Positions 13,777 to 31,796 of a DNA stretch of 64,000 bases are shown here, piece after piece; within the stretch, counting starts at the first letter, position 1, and the number at the start of each line of letters is the position of its first letter. The stretch comes from Neocallimastix sp. 'constans' (Eukaryota). The notes beneath the pieces are model-generated. The model had not been told where the DNA came from. It saw nothing but the letters and a program-made list of their open reading frames with translations, and did not search any database. Position numbers and translations under genes: made by a program. The stretch is from contig JBODTK010000117.1 of the NCBI GenBank assembly GCA_050613775.1, positions 248,001-312,000 of the forward strand, written 5' to 3'.

Positions 13777-14372
13777 TTATATTTAAAACAATCTTTTTAA
13801 AATAAATAAATAAATAAATAAAGAAGTTATGTTATATAATAAAGATATTAAAATATTTAATATACTAAAAATAATTATTACATATTTATATACATGTAAA
13901 TATCATTCAATAGTCTTTTATAAAAATTTTAATTTTATATTAAAAAAATAATTAAAATATTTAAAAAAAAAAAGAAGAATATTAAAAGCAAAAGTAATAT
14001 TTTTAAAAGTATTATATATATTTATATTTTATAAAGTTTTATATAAATTTACCATATATGTCCTTTTTTTTTTATTTTCTTAAATAATTCTATTAATAAA
14101 ATAATATAAAATAATTGATAATTATTATCTGAAATATTAACAAATATTTTTAGAATTTGATTGAAAGTATTGTCAATATAAAAAAAAAAAAAAAAAAAAA
14201 AAAAAACTTCATACTGGAAAAATACTGGAAATTTTTAGTATTTTAATATTTACTTTTATTTTATTTTATTTTTTTTTTTTTTTAATTTAATAATTTAAAA
14301 TCTAAAAACATAATATATTTAAATTCTTTCATAAAAAATAAAAATAGAAATTAGGAAAAACAAGAATAAAAT

Positions 14373-14376
14373 CTAT

Positions 14377-14459
<83 letters not shown>

Positions 14460-14461
14460 TT
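14373..14461. repeat. (TTTA)n microsatellite
   Basis: Direct reading; about 22 units. Confidence 0.9.
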
Positions 14462-15278
14462 TTTTTTTTTTTTTATTAGATTATCAAATTTTAAATTTTC
14501 ATTTATATTTTGAATATAATAGAATGTAATTTAGATAATTTATTTAGATAATTATTAATTTTAAATTTTAAATTATAAATTATATTTATATTGCAAGTTC
14601 CTAAACAAAATTTTTAATTAAATAAAATTTTTTTTATTTATATATAATATTTTATTAATTTATTTAAATAAAATTGTATAATATTTATTTAATAGTTATT
14701 TTTTTTTTTTTTTTTTTATTTTTTACTTTTTATTATATAGTAATAATTTAGTAAATTATAATAAATGATAATATATATATTAAATTTTAATTTTAATTAC
14801 CATAATTTTTATAATATTTACTTATATCATATAATTAATAATAAAAAAGTCTTTAATAGTTTTTTATAATTATCAATAATCATATTTAATTTTTAGTATT
14901 CTATTTCATAAAACATTTGATTAATTTCAAATAGTAAAAGGACTAAAAATTCGTTTATATCTACATATGATATTTGTGAAAATGTTAGATTTCTTTCAAA
15001 ATGTTGAACTTCGTATTTTTTAATATTTTCATATTAAAAAAATTTTTTACTAGCTTTTGTATTTTAATAAAAAAAATTTTTTTTTTCTTTTTTTTACTGT
15101 ATATTGTACATTACACATTGTATAATAAATATTTTATTATAATATGATGATAATTTGATTATCATTAAATTTTATATATATTTTTCAGAAATATATACAT
15201 AATAATAGAATTTAAATATTAAGTTATTTTATCCATTTAAATTATATATAATTTATTGACAATTTATTTATTTATTGT

Positions 15279-18200
15279 TTAAGGATGAAGTTCATAATTA
15301 ACAGGTACTCCATCAATAACTTTTTCAACTTGATTATCCCAATAACGATATACTGAATTTTCACTGCATAAATTATTTAAAGTATCTAAAGTATTCATAA
15401 TACGATGACATGCAAATGGATGTCCTGTCTTACATTCTATATATTGAATCTCTCCCACTTGAGAATCTAATTTTGGAATTGGATCAGACATAGGAATTAT
15501 ATTAACAAAATTTTTTATTAATTTTTTTAACTGAATATCATATGTTTTATATGAATATCCTAAGCCAGGTGAAGAAAAGGTAATTGCTGGAATATTTAAA
15601 TGGGATGCAATAACACCAGCGACACCTCCTCCTAAAGAATGACCTGTAAGATAAAGTGTATAATTTGTATTCATTTGTAATTCCTTTATATGCTTTTCTA
15701 CATCTATCCAATATAATAGTCTTAGATTAGTGAACTGTTTAACTATGAAATTTACTAATGATGCAATTGTTTCTCTTGGCCAAAAGTTAATAAATGTTCC
15801 GAAATATCCAGAGACTTGTAGTAATGCAGACGCACTCCATATATAGCAGTCTTGGAACATATCCTCCATAGTTAAGGTTCCTCTAATTGCCACTACTAAA
15901 ACATTACTCTCTTTATTAATGAAATCAATATAATGAACACCTGTTGTAGAGTTAAGGTTATTATTATCAACAATAAAGTTATTCATTGAAGATTTTGGTC
16001 TACCAAATTCCCAGGAATGAGTAGCATCTTCAACGTTTCGATAATACGCTGCATAGGATAAAGCACAAAATTCATTAATTGAAATTCCATCAGCTCGCCA
16101 TTGGCATATTGCAGGTTTTTGTTTCGTCAATTCACCTTCATCATCTGTTAAGTCTTCAATAGTATAACTGCTTTTTTTGCCTTTATCAGAGAACTTAATA
16201 CTTACAATAAATGATAAAATAAGAACAAGTGAAAGTACCATTAAAATAATAGCACTATTATGACAAGCACGTGTGTTACGTTTATATTGCATTTCCTTTC
16301 TTATACTTTTTACTACTCTTTCCAATTTATCCCTTGCTTTTATTCTTTTTTTATTAATGCTTTTACACTTAAATGAATTATCTTTTGAAAATCTACTAAG
16401 ATATTGATTATAATTAAAAGAATTATTAACAATAGTATTATTGTTAGTACTATTACTACTAATGCTGTTGTGTATTCTCTCATTTATTTTATTACTTTTA
16501 TCAGTAGAATATTTGCGATATAAAAATGAGAAAGTCTTTCTAGAATTTTTGACAAATAATCCTTTTGTCTTTCCGTAATGTTTATATGAAATTTCAGAAC
16601 GAAGATCTACTTCTGGATTAAAAATATCAAATAATGTCTTTCTTTCGGTTTCTTCATCATCCCAACTGTATCGAGGATCAGGGTGAACAATAAAATTGGC
16701 ATAAGCAATTAAAATAAAAGCCATAGGAATATAATTGTTAATAATAGCAACTCTCATAACAGTTATAAGAATTAATTCCACTACTAATAGAATACTCAAG
16801 AAATACCTTCTTGTTTTCATTGATATAATTTCAGTACTGGCTGGAATTAAAAATACAACATCTTGTAGTAATAAAATAATAACAAATATCATATGTGAAA
16901 TAATATCAATGTAAAGACTCTGTTTTGTTTCATCAGAATCTGAACTTTCTGAATAACGGAAATAATTTAAAACAGCCATAAAACTAATTCCCACTATAAA
17001 TTTAATTAATCTTAATATGAAAATAGTTAAGCAACCTTTCCAAGATGTAAGAATTCCAATGTTCCATGTTAATAGAACTTTATGATGAAAATATGGATTT
17101 TTGGAATTTAATAAATTATAAAAATTAAAATTGTTCTTGCTTTCTTCTTCATTCATACTTAGTAAGGATTCAGTTTGTTCATTGTTGAAATACAAACTAT
17201 TTTGTTGATACGAAATATTATCTATTTGATTATTGTATATAGGTATTTCATTATTACTATTCATTCTAATTGAATTATAATTTATACTATTATCATCATT
17301 ATTATTTAGGCCATCATAATTATTATTGCTTTTTTCATTAATATTATTATTATCATTATCGTTACTATTATTACCATTATCATTTTTATCATTTTCACTA
17401 TTATTACCATTGTTTTCATAAATAATATTTTTCTTCAGAGATAGATAGTTATTCTGATTTTTACTTTTTATAGTTTTGCATCTTAAAGATCCTGATCCTT
17501 CATTTAAATTTAAATTATTAAAATCAAGATAAGTCCCCGCTAAATTCATACTTTTTCTATTATTATTCATAATAATTGTATTTCTTTTATTATTTAAATA
17601 CTGATTATGGGTTGCTTCCATTTTTGCATTTATTTTATCATTATCTTTTGTTTTATTTACTTTTATTTTATTTTCGGAAAGTAAATGTAACTTAACACTC
17701 AATTTTTGGAATATTGTACATATTTTCTTTCTAAAAAGAATTGGTAACATAATTATAAGTAATCCAAAAGAAATACCAACTTTAATTACACTGGGATCAA
17801 AGGATCCAAAAAAAAATGCTGACACTGAAATTTGGGCACACATAATAATTAAAAGTTTTAAGATATAGTCAAAAAGATTACAACCCCCATATAAACCATT
17901 ACTGGTACAATAAACTAGCCTAAGATAACTGGTTTGATTTTCAGCACGTTCATCCAAATCAACATAAAATGGGGCATTATAATAGAACTCGTCTAATCGA
18001 CTGAAAAGTTTGATAAATAGAATTAATCGTGAAAAAGCATTTAATCCTATAATAGATAATGCTCCTCCTCCAACGAAAAGAATACATATAATACCTGTAA
18101 TCTCCCAATAACCAAAAATAAAAGCAACAATTGGAAATGGAAGTAAAATAATAAACATGAATATGCAAAATACTATTAAGTTTAATTTTTCATACCAATC

Positions 18201-18923
18201 TTTGGGATGATCCTTGTATTGTTTTGGCATTGTTATATTTACAATTTTTATAGTTACATAATATCCAAGAATTCTTTTAATAAACAAATCGTTTATTGAA
18301 GATCCAAAATTTGAATTAATAATTGTTTTAATTAACCTTAAATAGGTCTTCCAACATGAATATATAATCGAATATAAAGCATTGAAATAGAAAACAAAAA
18401 ATATCATTTGTATCAGAGAATTAGTATCATCAATTTGAACACAAACATAACCAACATTAATGGTAATACATAGAGAAACTACCGATAGTAATATTATACC
18501 TGCAGTAAAATAAAGAATAAGTAACAATTTCAATAAACCTATTACTACACTATGCCGATGTAAACGTACATCAGGACCACGTGGACCATTTATCACATCT
18601 TCAAAAATACTTGGTTTATAGGTTTTTTGAATTTCATCTGATTGTCTTACAAGTACACTTATTGTTTTATTATTTTTGTTTTTCTTATTATAAGTTTTAC
18701 AATTATTTTTTTCAGTATTTTCACTTTTAATATCACATTTCTCATCATTTTCATTATAATTATTGCAATTATTTTCATTATTATTACTACTGTTTAATTG
18801 CTCTTTATTTTCATATTTGCAATTATCAACTTCGTCATTATTACCATTATGATTATCATCATCATTTATAATATTATTTTCATTTTCATTTATTATAATT
18901 TTTACGTTATTAAGATCACTCAT
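15279..18923 (-). CDS. Multi-pass membrane protein with a C-terminal class-3 lipase (alpha/beta-hydrolase) domain
   Basis: Intronless 1214-aa ORF with about 10 or more hydrophobic segments and Asn-rich loops. The C-terminus has VVAIRGT, the LTGHSLGG nucleophile elbow, FSSPG, DPIP and a candidate His in ACHR. Confidence 0.88.
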   Translation of the reverse strand: MSDLNNVKIIINENENNIINDDDNHNGNNDEVDNCKYENKEQLNSSNNNENNCNNYNENDEKCDIKSENTEKNNCKTYNKKNKNNKTISVLVRQSDEIQKTYKPSIFEDVINGPRGPDVRLHRHSVVIGLLKLLLILYFTAGIILLSVVSLCITINVGYVCVQIDDTNSLIQMIFFVFYFNALYSIIYSCWKTYLRLIKTIINSNFGSSINDLFIKRILGYYVTIKIVNITMPKQYKDHPKDWYEKLNLIVFCIFMFIILLPFPIVAFIFGYWEITGIICILFVGGGALSIIGLNAFSRLILFIKLFSRLDEFYYNAPFYVDLDERAENQTSYLRLVYCTSNGLYGGCNLFDYILKLLIIMCAQISVSAFFFGSFDPSVIKVGISFGLLIIMLPILFRKKICTIFQKLSVKLHLLSENKIKVNKTKDNDKINAKMEATHNQYLNNKRNTIIMNNNRKSMNLAGTYLDFNNLNLNEGSGSLRCKTIKSKNQNNYLSLKKNIIYENNGNNSENDKNDNGNNSNDNDNNNINEKSNNNYDGLNNNDDNSINYNSIRMNSNNEIPIYNNQIDNISYQQNSLYFNNEQTESLLSMNEEESKNNFNFYNLLNSKNPYFHHKVLLTWNIGILTSWKGCLTIFILRLIKFIVGISFMAVLNYFRYSESSDSDETKQSLYIDIISHMIFVIILLLQDVVFLIPASTEIISMKTRRYFLSILLVVELILITVMRVAIINNYIPMAFILIAYANFIVHPDPRYSWDDEETERKTLFDIFNPEVDLRSEISYKHYGKTKGLFVKNSRKTFSFLYRKYSTDKSNKINERIHNSISSNSTNNNTIVNNSFNYNQYLSRFSKDNSFKCKSINKKRIKARDKLERVVKSIRKEMQYKRNTRACHNSAIILMVLSLVLILSFIVSIKFSDKGKKSSYTIEDLTDDEGELTKQKPAICQWRADGISINEFCALSYAAYYRNVEDATHSWEFGRPKSSMNNFIVDNNNLNSTTGVHYIDFINKESNVLVVAIRGTLTMEDMFQDCYIWSASALLQVSGYFGTFINFWPRETIASLVNFIVKQFTNLRLLYWIDVEKHIKELQMNTNYTLYLTGHSLGGGVAGVIASHLNIPAITFSSPGLGYSYKTYDIQLKKLIKNFVNIIPMSDPIPKLDSQVGEIQYIECKTGHPFACHRIMNTLDTLNNLCSENSVYRYWDNQVEKVIDGVPVNYELHP

Positions 18924-20135
18924 ATTTTTTTTTAATTATTATGAATGTACATATATTTTTATATAATTATTTATCTATTAGTTATGAAATATTAACATAC
19001 TTGAAATTATAATTTAAATATGCTATTATCGATTTTAAATTATTTAACTATTAGTTTATTTTATTCAATACTAAATTATAACTCGTCTAATTAAAAACAT
19101 ATTAATAGGACTTCTTTTTTTTTTTTTTTCTTAAAAATAAAAAATTTATGGTATATATATATATATACAATAAATATGAATATTCAATAATTAGTATTAT
19201 TAATGAAATAATTTATTTATAATTATCAATTTCGGATTTATATTTTGAAAAATGTTTTTTTAGGTATATATTTTATAATTTTTTTTTTTTTATTTTTATC
19301 TTTTTTTCTATATTAATATTAAAATATTAATAAATGAATGAATCATTAACATTAATCTGTTAAGTATTTAAAAAAATTAAAAACGATATAAAAAAATCTA
19401 TAATTATTTTTCTCGTATTATTTATTCTTTTTACCTTACATATTTATAAAAAAAAAAAAAAATATTGTAAATAATTAATGTATAAATTTCTACTTTATTA
19501 TTTATTATTAAAATAAATTTTATATTTTTTATTCAAAAAAAACTTTAATTACTTTAATACCTGAAAATCTTTAAATATATATATTAAAGTTTTAATTTTA
19601 GAATTTAATATTCTATAATCTTTTTTTTTTTTTATTAATTTTTTTTTTTTTTTAGAAAACAAAAATTAATATATATATATTTTATTCAATTCAATACTAA
19701 AATTAATTTTTATATAATATAATTAAAACTTAATTTTATATTTTTTAAAATTGATACTTTATCTTAAATAATATAATTATTTCATTAAAACGTTTTTTTT
19801 TTTTACTTCCGAAACTTTAAAATATAATTAATTTTATTATTGTTAAAAATAATAAATAAAAATGAATAGATGTTAATACTCTTATCAAAAACAATGTCAA
19901 TGTCATCATTCATAATCCATGATCAAGTTGTGTTTTTCTTTATCGTCTTTGCCTATGCAAGACTCCATAAAATCTCAAACTGATTGTAACGACTACAATA
20001 TATATATTAAACTATATAAAAATAGATTTTATTTTGTTTTGATATATTTATATATTTTTTATGATCTTTTTTATAAGAAAAAAAGAAAATGAAAATATTA
20101 ATATAAATTATCTAAATTTTATTTTTAACTCTTTT

Positions 20136-20175
<40 letters not shown>

Positions 20176-20396
20176 ATTGATTACAATAAAATTTTAAATA
20201 AGAGATACATTAGAAGAAATTAATAAAAAAAAAGCATAAATTTAAATCTAAGTAATTTATTTATCTTCTACATATTAAAATGAAGGAAGATTTGATCTTT
20301 ATTTATAAATTATTATACGAACGAATATAAATGTATATATAATTAAATGAATATAATATATATATTTAAATATATATAAATTATTATTATATTTTT

Positions 20397-20750
20397 TTAT
20401 TCAACATTAAAATTAACATCTAATTCTCCTCTTTGTTGGATGACTGCAACAATATTTTGATATGAAAATTTTTAATTTATACAATCATTAAGTCCAAAGC
20501 GTTAATTATGTTCTCCTTCAAATTTACCATTGTCCTATCATAATTGAAATATTCTCATTACCAAAGCTTGTCTAGCATAATATTTAACACATTCAGATGT
20601 GCTATTACAATTTTGGGATCCGAATTCTCCATGAATAATAGGTTCATTATTATTAATAAATCCTTCTTTGATACGTTCTAAACAATGATCCAATACTTTC
20701 CCTATTTCAGTGAAATAAGTATTGAATCTTGATCCCGGAGTCTTCTTCAT
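20397..20750 (-). pseudogene. GH5 (GH5_4-like endoglucanase) C-terminal fragment
   Basis: Reads PIIHGEFG (nucleophile motif)...KYYARQA...**DNGKFEGEHN*RFGLND...YQNIVAVIQ. This matches the PVIIGEFG / WDNG.FEG...FG pattern of fungal GH5_4, with the Trp codon mutated to TAG. Confidence 0.7.
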
Positions 20751-20789
20751 CCAAATAATTAAATTAATAAAAACTTTATATAATTTTTA

Positions 20790-21349
20790 AAGTATTTATT
20801 AAGTGTTAAGTAGTAAGTGTTAAGCAATAATAAATTATAGTAATAATTAATAATCTATACAAAAAAATTTTTTTTTTTTTACATTTTTTTAATTATAATT
20901 TAACAATGAAAAATAGAATAATTTGAATATTTAAGATTAATAAAAAAAAAATAAAATTTTTTTTGGGTAAATAATTTAATTATTAAATAAATTAAATATA
21001 TAAATTATAATATATATATATATATATATATTTTTTTTTTATTAATTTTTACGAAAATATATAATATTTATAGTATTTATTAAGTGTTAAGTAGTAAGTG
21101 TTAAGCAATAATAAATTATAGTAATAATTAATGATCTATACAAAAAAATTTTTTTTTTTACATTTTTTTAAGCAATAATAAATTATAGTAATAATTAATG
21201 ATCTATACAAAAAAATTTTTTTTTTTACATTTTTTTAATTATAATTTAACAATGAAAAATAGAATAATTTGAATATTTAAGATTAATAAAAAAAAAATAA
21301 AATTTTTTTTGGGTAAATAATTTAATTATTAAATAAATTAAATATATAA

Positions 21350-21396
<47 letters not shown>

Positions 21397-21410
21397 TTAA
21401 TTTTTACGAA
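20790..21410. repeat. Local tandem duplication (~280-bp unit, two copies plus an internal partial)
   Basis: AGTATTTATTAAGTGTTAAGTAGTAAGTGTTAAGCAAT... occurs at ~20790 and ~21072. AACAATGAAAAATAGAATAATTTG...TTGGGTAAAT occurs at ~20902 and ~21248. Confidence 0.85.
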
Positions 21411-21776
21411 AAAACTTTTAAATAAATAAAATTATAATGTTTAAATACGATTTTATTAAAATGTTTATATATTTAAATTTTTAATTTTATTTTTTGATAA
21501 TTAAACTCTGTTTTTATTTTACATATTTCTTATTTTTTTTAATTATTATATGTTGATAAATATTTTTAATTAAAATTGTCAATTTTTATATACAAAATAT
21601 ATATGTTTCTTTTTATTAGACAATAATTTTTTTTTTTTTTTTAATTTATTTTAGCAAAATTTTAATAATATAAATAAAAATAAATTTATATATATAAATT
21701 TTATATTTTTTTTTTTTTTTAATTTTTTTGAAAAAGTTATTATGAATAAATTACTATTCTTTGTAATTAAATATCT

Positions 21777-23162
21777 CTATATGTCCAATGATGAAATTAA
21801 TTGACAATCACTCTTATTACTGAGTTTTTCATCCATTTTTAATGTAATATTATAATATTTTGCATATTTAAATAACATTTTAATTAATTTAATATTTTTA
21901 TATTTAACTGCAAAATATAAAGGATAATAACCTTCATTATCAACCTCATTTATATTTAAAACAAATTTTTTTTTTTTAGCATATTTCATTAACTGTTTTG
22001 TTGCATGACTATTATTTTTATAAACGGATTGAAGTACTGGATAATTTCCTTGGCTATTTTTTTCATTTATATTTAAAATAATTTGATGGTCATTAGCATA
22101 ACTTATTAACAAATTAATTATATCTGTATTTACTCCATCTACAGTATCCAATGCTTGTAGTAAAGGATAATTACCATTATTATCTTTTTCCTTAATATTT
22201 AAAACAATATTATGACTATTTGAATATTCTAATAATAAATTAACAATTTCTATATTATTATTTGCTATAGCTTGTAATAAACAAAAATTTCCCCTTAGGT
22301 CTTTTTCATTTACATTTAAGATGATATTGTGTCTATTTGCATATTCAATTAATGCTCTAATTATGTTTATATTTCCCCAACTGTTTGTTCTAATTGATTG
22401 TAATAATGGAAAATAGTCGTCTTCATCTTTATCATTTATGGTTAAAACAATTCCATGTTTATCTGCGTAATTCATTAATAATTCTACATTTTCTAAATTA
22501 TTATAATTTATTGCTTGTAATAATGGATAATTGCCATATTTCTCCTTTTCATTAATGTCAATCCTAAATTGTAATTCTCTATTTAATAATAATTGTTTTA
22601 ATTCCTTTGAAGATAATGGATTTCTATTTTTAAATCTTTTAATAAGAAATTCTCTCAAAATAATATTATTAATAAATTCATCTGAAAAATAGTTATTTTG
22701 AAGAATTAATTTTAAAATATCGTTTCGTTCATCTTTAATCAAATTACATATTAATTTACTATTAATTAAACTTCCATTGAAATTATTTTTTATTATAAAT
22801 TTTATGTTTTTTAAATCCAAATAATTATAATCAAGTAAATATTCAATAATATTATAGTAATTATTTTTATCAATATTAATTAACCCATTGATATTCGCCC
22901 CATTCTTTATAAGTAATTTTGCTTTTTTAAATTTATTATATTGAATTGTTTGAAAAAGAGCTTCTATATTTTCTTTATTTTTTTGTCTATTAATTATAAA
23001 TTTAATATATTCAATTGATGAATCATTTTTAATAAAATATAAAAGAATTTTATTAAAATTATCAAAATTTTCAGAAATTATATTATTTTCTTTAAAGTAA
23101 ATACTTAATTCTTTTACCTGTTTATTTTTAATATATTCGATAAGTTCCTCTTCAGTAATCAT
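21777..23162 (-). CDS. Ankyrin-repeat protein
   Basis: 461-aa ORF with ~40-aa repeats INEKD..GNYPLLQAI..NN.EIV.LL.EYA..H.I.L, typical of the expanded ankyrin family in these fungi. Confidence 0.9.
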   Translation of the reverse strand: MITEEELIEYIKNKQVKELSIYFKENNIISENFDNFNKILLYFIKNDSSIEYIKFIINRQKNKENIEALFQTIQYNKFKKAKLLIKNGANINGLINIDKNNYYNIIEYLLDYNYLDLKNIKFIIKNNFNGSLINSKLICNLIKDERNDILKLILQNNYFSDEFINNIILREFLIKRFKNRNPLSSKELKQLLLNRELQFRIDINEKEKYGNYPLLQAINYNNLENVELLMNYADKHGIVLTINDKDEDDYFPLLQSIRTNSWGNINIIRALIEYANRHNIILNVNEKDLRGNFCLLQAIANNNIEIVNLLLEYSNSHNIVLNIKEKDNNGNYPLLQALDTVDGVNTDIINLLISYANDHQIILNINEKNSQGNYPVLQSVYKNNSHATKQLMKYAKKKKFVLNINEVDNEGYYPLYFAVKYKNIKLIKMLFKYAKYYNITLKMDEKLSNKSDCQLISSLDI

Positions 23163-23329
23163 ATTAAAATAAATATATATATATTTTTTTTCTACTTTAA
23201 AAATAATTTATTGAAATCCACAATTTTTTAATTAATAAATTGATTTTAATATTGGTGTATTATATTATTTTAATTGGAATTCTTTATTTGTTCAAATAAA
23301 AAATTATAAATAATATTTTCTATTTCTTC

Positions 23330-23864
23330 TATTTATTATTTTTTATTTATTATTTATTATTTATTATTTAGTATTTATTATTTAGTATTTAGTATTTAGT
23401 ATTTAGTATTTATTATTTATTATAAATTATTTTTTATTTATTATTTATTATTTATTATTTATTATTTATTATTTATTATTTATTATTTATTATTTATTAT
23501 TTATTATTTATTATTTATTATTTATTATTTATTATTTATTATTTATTATTTATTATTTATTATTTATTATTTATTATTTATTATTTATTATTTATTATTT
23601 ATTATTTATTATTTATTATTTATTATTTATTATTTATTATTTATTATTTATTATTTATTATTTATTATTTATTATTTATTATTTATTATTTATTATTTAT
23701 TATTTATTATTTATTATTTATTATTTATTATTTATTATTTATTATTTATTATTTATTATTTATTATTTATTATTTATTATTTATTATTTATTATTTATTA
23801 TTTATTATTTATTATTTATTATTCATTATTTTATTATTTATCATTTATTATTTATTATTTATTA
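23330..23864. repeat. (TTTATTA)n 7-bp tandem repeat
   Basis: About 70 near-perfect units, with a TTTAGTA variant at the start. The same unit recurs at ~45210-45385. Confidence 0.92.
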
Positions 23865-23874
23865 TGATATTAAT

Positions 23875-24631
23875 AAGAATAAAGTTGATGATTTAATTAG
23901 AAATAAGTATGATTTGGAAAAAGAAAATTGGCTTGATATTTCCTAGGAAAGGCTTAAACCTTTAATTAAAGAACATATAAAAATCTCTGTCAGTATAAAT
24001 TGTGATGTTATATTGATGTTGATAATTTAGATAGTTAGCTACAGGAAAAAGTATAAAAAATTTTTGGAAAGACCCTATTACTATATCTGATACCATCAAG
24101 TTTGTAAAATTGGTTAGGAAAAACTTTCCATAAATTAGGTATTTTCATTATCTTAAAGAATGCTTTATTTATGATTAATGAAAGTTTCATATTATTTTGA
24201 TTTTGTTATAAACGAAAACTATTCACAATTTTAGAATGTTAACATTAATTTCTTTAATCAAGATAAAGATATCTTATACAGAAGAATGAGTTTTTGTAAA
24301 TCAAAATTATGTACAAATTTAAATGGTCTTAATATCAGTATGATTGTTAAAAATGATAGATACCTAACTCAATCATACGAAGCTTTTCAATGGAAAAACT
24401 TAGTGTGAATCTAGTTTCAATTCAGGTAGTAAAAAATTCTTTATTCTTCTCAAATTTTTATTAATATATGACATGATGTAAATTATAAAAGTCATTTTTT
24501 TTAAATATAAATATATTAATTACATAAAATATAAAATATATATTAATATAAAAATATTTATATTCATAATATTTAGTTCTTAAGATTCCAACAACAATAA
24601 CAACAACAATAACAACAACAACAGCAGTAAC

Positions 24632-24667
<36 letters not shown>

Positions 24668-25100
24668 TATCAAGGTAGTACAAAAACTCTTCAAGAGTTA
24701 AATATTATAAAGAGTACTCTTTCTACTAACTATACTAAAACTAATAATCATCACTTCTTACAACTGCTACTATAACTAAAATAACACCACTCTGAAATGC
24801 TAATGTTCCAGGGAATTCCAATCATAAAGGAATACTATTAACAATAACGATAGAGACAATAATAATTCTACAGTTGATAATAAAAAAAAATTATTGATAG
24901 ATAGTTAAATTCTGATGATAACAATAATACTAATGTTATAATTATGAGGAGTGTTACTACTACAGATTTAGTTATCGGAGTAGCAGGCGTTGTCTTTTTC
25001 ATTAAATAATTCAAATTATTTCGAAAATGCATAGAGGGCACTTACTCCCAAATAAGCAAATGACCCAACATCATATAAATGTTTCAGTCCAAATCCAACC
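23875..25100 (+). pseudogene. GH114 (endo-alpha-1,4-polygalactosaminidase-like) pseudogene with Thr-rich linker and TM-like tail
   Basis: Frameshifted fragments ENWLDIS*ERLKPLIKEHI...CDVI/DVDNLDS and LGIFIILKNALFMINE/YYFDFVINE match the GH114 WLDI, D.DN.D, GLKN and FDFAINE motifs. A T/N-rich linker and LVIGVAGVVFF follow. Confidence 0.7.
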
Positions 25101-26901
25101 TATGATATCTATAGACTAAATTCTTTTAATCCACCTACTTATGCATATCTCTAATGTAAATAATGATCTCAATAATTATTACAAATATTTATTTTAATTT
25201 CATATATGTGAATATCAAATTTAAATTGATAGTAATATTATTAAATAAAAAAATTATAAATGATATTTTTTTTATTTACATTAGAAAATTAAAAATTCAT
25301 TGGTGTAAAAAGAAAAATCAATAAACATCGAAAATAAATTATATTTTAATTCTTTTATAATAATTCGAGCCTGAATTTGTGATTAGTTAGTGAATAACCA
25401 AGAATAATATATATATATATATATATATCTTCTACTACATCATATATAAAATTTATTTGAAATATAAAATATATAATATATTTAATTTATTATATATATA
25501 TATATATAGATGCATTACGAACTTTAACTTTATTTATTTATTCTTATTTATTCATTTATTGATTACATTAATATTTTTTAATAAAAAATAACATAGAATT
25601 AAAAAAAAAAAATAATATTATTTGTCCAATTTGAAGATAATTTATTTAGAATAGTCATATGAAATAAAAGTAATATTCAAAATAAAGTGTATATATAAAT
25701 TCAGAAAAAAGTTCATATGCAATGAACCTCACATCCAGATTTTAAGATTTCTGTTTTAAGGAATTCTTATTCCGAATTAAGGTTTAAATTGGCAATCTTA
25801 AAGAAAGAAATCGTGGTCTTCTTCTTCTTCAGAGGCCTGCTGGCCTGTCTTACTACATTTTCAATGTTGACGTTGGTCCGTTTGTCCATATACCATCGGA
25901 ATAGCAATCCTTGTCGAATACTAGCCCGAGGTATAATTTCTGTAAAAATGGCGCTTTAGAATAATCACCATAAATGATTTGGTTATTAAGCAAAACATTC
26001 TATTCCTTTTTATAATATAAATCAATAATGTATGCATTTCTACCACCAAGAAGGAAATTATATAGTTATGCATTCATTATTCAGAAAATTACTAATATTA
26101 ACACGATCTGTTCAATACATTATTAGTATAGATACTATTATTTTCACTATCACTAATATTAATATTCCTATTTTACTATTATTAACAATATTATTGCTAT
26201 TGCTGATATTATTAATATTATACACTTCTTTACTACAATCAAAATCAGTACTTGATTCTGTATTTATATTTATATTGTTTACACTAATTTCATAATAAAA
26301 TTATTATAATAATTATTATTAATTTGATTAATTTTTATAATTCAACTCTTTTTACTTCTTAATTCATTAATTTATATTTTTTGCTTTTTATATTTTATAT
26401 ATTTATTTATAAAGATAATAATATAACAAAAATAAAAATGTGACAAAAAAAATAAATTATAATCATTAATTTATCTATATATAAAAAAAAAAAAAAATTT
26501 TATTTTTAAAAAAATAATAATATATTTTTGTACAATTATATTTTTAATAATTGATAATTTTTTTATTGAATAATATTGTTTTTTTTTTTTAATTTTTTTT
26601 TTTGTATTTGTATAATTATATATATTATATTTTTTATTTACATCAAATTTTTTAATCATTGTTATAAATGATTTATTTTATTTGTTTATTAGTCTTCAAA
26701 AAAAATAAAAAATTTTTTTTTGAAAAAATTCTTACTATTTATTTATTTATAATTTTTTGTTTTTTTTGTTTTTTTTTGTTTTTTTTTGTTTTTTTTTGTT
26801 TTTTTTTTTTGTTTTTTTTTTGTTTTATTTTATTTTATCGGTTTGTTTTTATTTTTATTTTTATTTATTATTATATATCGAATAATTATTTTTTATCCTT
26901 T

Positions 26902-31561
<4,660 letters not shown>

Positions 31562-31796
31562 TTTTATTTTAAATTTTACTTCTTCTATTTAATTATTTTT
31601 CTTTTATAAAATTTTATTCATTATTATTCGTGAAAAAAAATTTTTTTTTTGAATCCTTCTTCTCTATCAAAAATAAAATAAAAATAAAAATAAAATTTTA
31701 AAAGAATATTAAAAATGAGGATAAAATATACTTATTTATAGAAAAATGATATAAAAAAAAATTGAATAAGAAAAAAAAAAAATAAAATAATTTTAA

